Origin: Dysgonamonadaceae bacterium
GTDB lineage: Bacteria; Bacteroidota; Bacteroidia; Bacteroidales; Dysgonomonadaceae
Reading direction: 5' to 3'
Assembly: GCA_028708095.1 (NCBI GenBank)
Contig: JAQVZQ010000001.1
Location: 1,272 to 65,271, forward strand
DNA length: 64,000 nucleotides
Position 1 is the first letter of the stretch. Each line of letters opens with the position of its first letter. Shown piece after piece: positions 61,401-64,000 of the stretch. The notes beneath the pieces were generated by a model that made no database searches, was not told the DNA's origin, and worked only from the letters and a program-made list of their open reading frames with translations. Position numbers and translations under genes: made by a program.

Positions 61401-61850
61401 ATGTAAGGCTCGATTACGAACTTATATTATACTACGCTGGTCCTGAAGGGCCATCGCTCCCGCACGAATAGTGTTTCCCAACACGTTCCTGCGTTTAAGA
61501 GATGGTTCATCTGTTCCAAAACATTTCTTAGGCGTAAAAAATGAAGATCGTATGTTGAAAATCTTTGTGAATAAAAATTGTAAACTGTCTTTATCTCTCA
61601 AAGAGTATTAGCTAATCGTAATTATCTAATTACTTTCACTTGGAATTACCTTACCCGTTTTTTTAAGCTTCGCTTTCGCTATATTTAGTTGCTTTATACA
61701 TCCATCGTCGGCATGCAAGCGAGCCACCACAGCACTTGCAACAAGTCGAGTACTATCTATGTCACTATGAGAAGTGATATTCTATTAATACGATGGATGT
61801 ATATTTGATACCACCAGCAGCTAAGATGGCTTTTCCATGGTTTTATAAAC

Positions 61851-62711
61851 TTAATGTATCGCCTCTAATAGGGTATTAGCTAACCTGCTTGTACCAATTC
61901 TGAATAAGCCTTTGTTACACCACTCTTCACCTAACGTTTCTTTCACCAAGGTGTAATAGTTGACTGCATCCATAACAGTTGAAACACCGCCTGAGATTTT
62001 AATCCCTCTTCTGAGACCAGTCTTTTTGTAGTAGCTTTTAATTGCCAAACACATAGTGTATGCTGCTTCCAATGTAGCACCTGAATACACCTTTCCAGTG
62101 GAAGTTTTCAAGAAGTCTGCGCCCGAATATAATGCTAATACAGAGCCATTGTTAATAAGTTTGCCTGTTTTTAATGCTCCTGTTTCTAATATAACTTTCA
62201 ACGTTGCACCATGACAGGCTTCTTTTATCTCATCTAATTCTTCACACAGTTCATCATATTCTTCATTTAAGAATAATCCCAAGTTCAACACAACATCAAT
62301 TTCGTCAGCTCCGTCCACAATGGCTAAAGCTGTTTCTGCAATCTTTACTTCAAGTAGTGTTTGTGAAGAAGGGAAGCCTCCTGACACACAAGCAATCTTT
62401 ACATCAGCAGTAAGTGATTCACGAACTGTTTTTGCGAAATTGGGGAACACACAAATTGCTGCAACGTTTTCAACTTCGGGGTTAGCACCCTCAAAATCAT
62501 TGACTTTGCCTGTGAACTTCCAAATATCTTCACGGGTATCTGTTGTGTTCAATGTTGTGAGGTCAATGCAACTATAGATTTTTTTTAACACATCAACTGT
62601 GTTATTATCTGCTGCTTTCTCAGAGATTATTTTGTTTACGTTTTCTGCAATCTTTTCATCTGATAGTTTTAAAGCATGATCGCTTAGTGCTTTCTTGTAT
62701 TTATTTTCCAT
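61851..62711 (-). CDS. deoC: Deoxyribose-phosphate aldolase
   Basis: Class I aldolase motifs including FLKTSTGK. Confidence 0.85.
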   Translation of the reverse strand: MENKYKKALSDHALKLSDEKIAENVNKIISEKAADNNTVDVLKKIYSCIDLTTLNTTDTREDIWKFTGKVNDFEGANPEVENVAAICVFPNFAKTVRESLTADVKIACVSGGFPSSQTLLEVKIAETALAIVDGADEIDVVLNLGLFLNEEYDELCEELDEIKEACHGATLKVILETGALKTGKLINNGSVLALYSGADFLKTSTGKVYSGATLEAAYTMCLAIKSYYKKTGLRRGIKISGGVSTVMDAVNYYTLVKETLGEEWCNKGLFRIGTSRLANTLLEAIH

Positions 62712-62792
62712 GTTTTATTGTTATATATTATGTTTCTAATTTACTGTGAATGTACTTCTTAAATAGATGTTAACACCTTTAATACAAGAGGT

Positions 62793-63119
62793 TTACTTTA
62801 GCTTTGGATTATCCTGATGTCTTTTAGCATCACGGAGCGTTTTCTTTTTCATATTCTCTTGAAGTGCTTGCTCTAAGTCAACACCAGTTTGGTTTGCCAA
62901 ACATATTAACACCCAAAGTACATCAGCCATTTCATCACCAAGATTCTTTGATAATTCATTATCTTTAAATGATTGATCTCCATATGTTCGGGCCATAATT
63001 CTTGCTAATTCACCAACTTCTTCTGTAAGGATGGCCATATTTGTCAGCTCACTGAAGTAACGTACTCCGTATGTTTTAATCCACTCATCTATATGGACTT
63101 GTGCTTCTTTTAGTGTCAT
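62793..63119 (-). CDS. MazG-like nucleotide pyrophosphohydrolase
   Basis: EEVGELA...GDEMADVLW EExxE/D motifs; 108 aa. Confidence 0.8.
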   Translation of the reverse strand: MTLKEAQVHIDEWIKTYGVRYFSELTNMAILTEEVGELARIMARTYGDQSFKDNELSKNLGDEMADVLWVLICLANQTGVDLEQALQENMKKKTLRDAKRHQDNPKLK

Positions 63120-63121
63120 AT

Positions 63122-63571
63122 TTATTTTGCTTTTGAATCAATCCAAATGGTTACTGGACCGTCGTTTGTAAGAGAAACTTTCATATCTGCACCAAACTCA
63201 CCAGTGCGCACTTTTATTTTAGATTGAGCTTCAAGTTGTTTACAAAATTGCTCATAAAGAGGAATAGAAATATCAGGTTTAGCTGCTTCTATATATGAAG
63301 GTCTATTACCTTTTCTTGTATTGGCATGTAATGTAAATTGTGAGATAACTAAAATCTGCCCATTTACTTGCATAACAGAATCATTCATTACTCCATTTTT
63401 ATCATCAAATATACGTAAGTTAATAATCTTATTACAAAGATATTTAATATCTTCTTCTGTGTCTTCATTTTCTATTCCTACAAATATCAAAAGACCATTA
63501 TCAATTTCGCTTTTCTTAGCTCCATTAATATTTACGCTCGCATTTGAAACTCTTTGAATAAGTACCCGCAT
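63122..63571 (-). CDS. dtd: D-aminoacyl-tRNA deacylase
   Basis: MRVLIQRV N-terminus, SQFTL, NDGPVT motifs. Confidence 0.92.
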   Translation of the reverse strand: MRVLIQRVSNASVNINGAKKSEIDNGLLIFVGIENEDTEEDIKYLCNKIINLRIFDDKNGVMNDSVMQVNGQILVISQFTLHANTRKGNRPSYIEAAKPDISIPLYEQFCKQLEAQSKIKVRTGEFGADMKVSLTNDGPVTIWIDSKAK

Positions 63572-64000
63572 TTAACTATTTTCTTTAAACCATTGATAAA
63601 CTATCATACCTTTACTCTCACCAAGCACATTTATTATTTCATCCTCATTTGCTTCTTTTATACGTTTTATACTTTTGAAATGAGATAGTAATTTTTTCTT
63701 TGAAACTGGACCGACTCCTTTTATTTCATCTAATTGTGAAACAACTTGAGCCTTGCTTCTTTTATTTCTATGAAAAGCTAAACCAAAACGATGGGCTTCG
63801 TCACGCAAATTTTGAATTAGTTTTAAGGTTTCTGAATTTTTATCGAGATAGAGTGGAATTGAGTCATTAGGGAAATAAATCTCTTCCAAACGCTCTGCAA
63901 TACCGATAATTGCAATTTTGTCATACAAACCGATTTCTTTGAGAGAATCAACAGCTGCGTGCAATTGTCCTTTACCGCCGTCAACCACAATGAGTTGCGG
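63572..64000 (-). CDS. uvrC: Excinuclease ABC subunit C, C-terminal part (runs off the window)
   Basis: VDGGKGQL, RDEAHRF and a C-terminal (HhH)2. The ORF is open at the window edge. Confidence 0.9.
   Translation of the reverse strand, partial: PQLIVVDGGKGQLHAAVDSLKEIGLYDKIAIIGIAERLEEIYFPNDSIPLYLDKNSETLKLIQNLRDEAHRFGLAFHRNKRSKAQVVSQLDEIKGVGPVSKKKLLSHFKSIKRIKEANEDEIINVLGESKGMIVYQWFKENS

Noticed and set aside
61438-61453. GGUCC-UGAA-GGGCC hairpin as the SRP RNA helix 8
   Set aside because: It lacks the conserved GGAA/GNAR tetraloop context and the AGCA/GGA symmetric loop motifs of 4.5S RNA.

Overview
AT-rich chromosomal segment that looks like Bacteroidota. Evidence is TAnnTTTG-type -7 boxes, many lipobox lipoproteins, BlaR1/TonB fusion proteins, and DUF families typical of the phylum. 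All product names come from motif recognition in the supplied translations; no database search was run.

The backbone is mostly housekeeping: sbcDC, dnaX, polA, ychF, tcdA, fldA, dtd, deoC, a partial uvrC, a polyprenyl synthase and an ABC-F ATPase. There are also transport and stress modules: a MarR plus MacAB/DevABC-like ABC exporter with TolC, and an HcpR-hcp-cupin-DUF438 nitrosative-stress cluster.

Accessory or unusual parts:
- A decayed integrase-less island sits directly 3' of tRNA-Arg(CCT), at about 27.7-33.4 kb. It carries a type II R-M pair whose endonuclease is frameshifted, an LprI-like protein, a secreted glycan-binding/Hint protein with no C-terminal cargo, a primase-helicase remnant, and oriT/inverton-like nested inverted repeats.
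- The blaI-blaR1/TonB locus at 52-60.5 kb is tandemly duplicated, with an 822-bp perfectly identical tract and remnants of blaI and tlpA copies.
- Two same-orientation copies of a conserved noncoding element of about 555 bp lie at 6.18-6.74 kb and 50.52-51.08 kb. Each holds four hairpins displaying a CGGAGSCTCCG core, one compensatory base-pair change, and a conserved mutually exclusive helix.
- Clusters of a dispersed hairpin repeat of about 40 nt lie at 7.98-8.35 kb and 60.8-61.4 kb, inside unusually long gene-free intervals.

I found no convincing new multi-gene defence or RNA-guided system. There is no CRISPR array, reverse transcriptase, integrase or transposase. The best candidate for something undescribed is the 555-bp structured element, and that remains a hypothesis.
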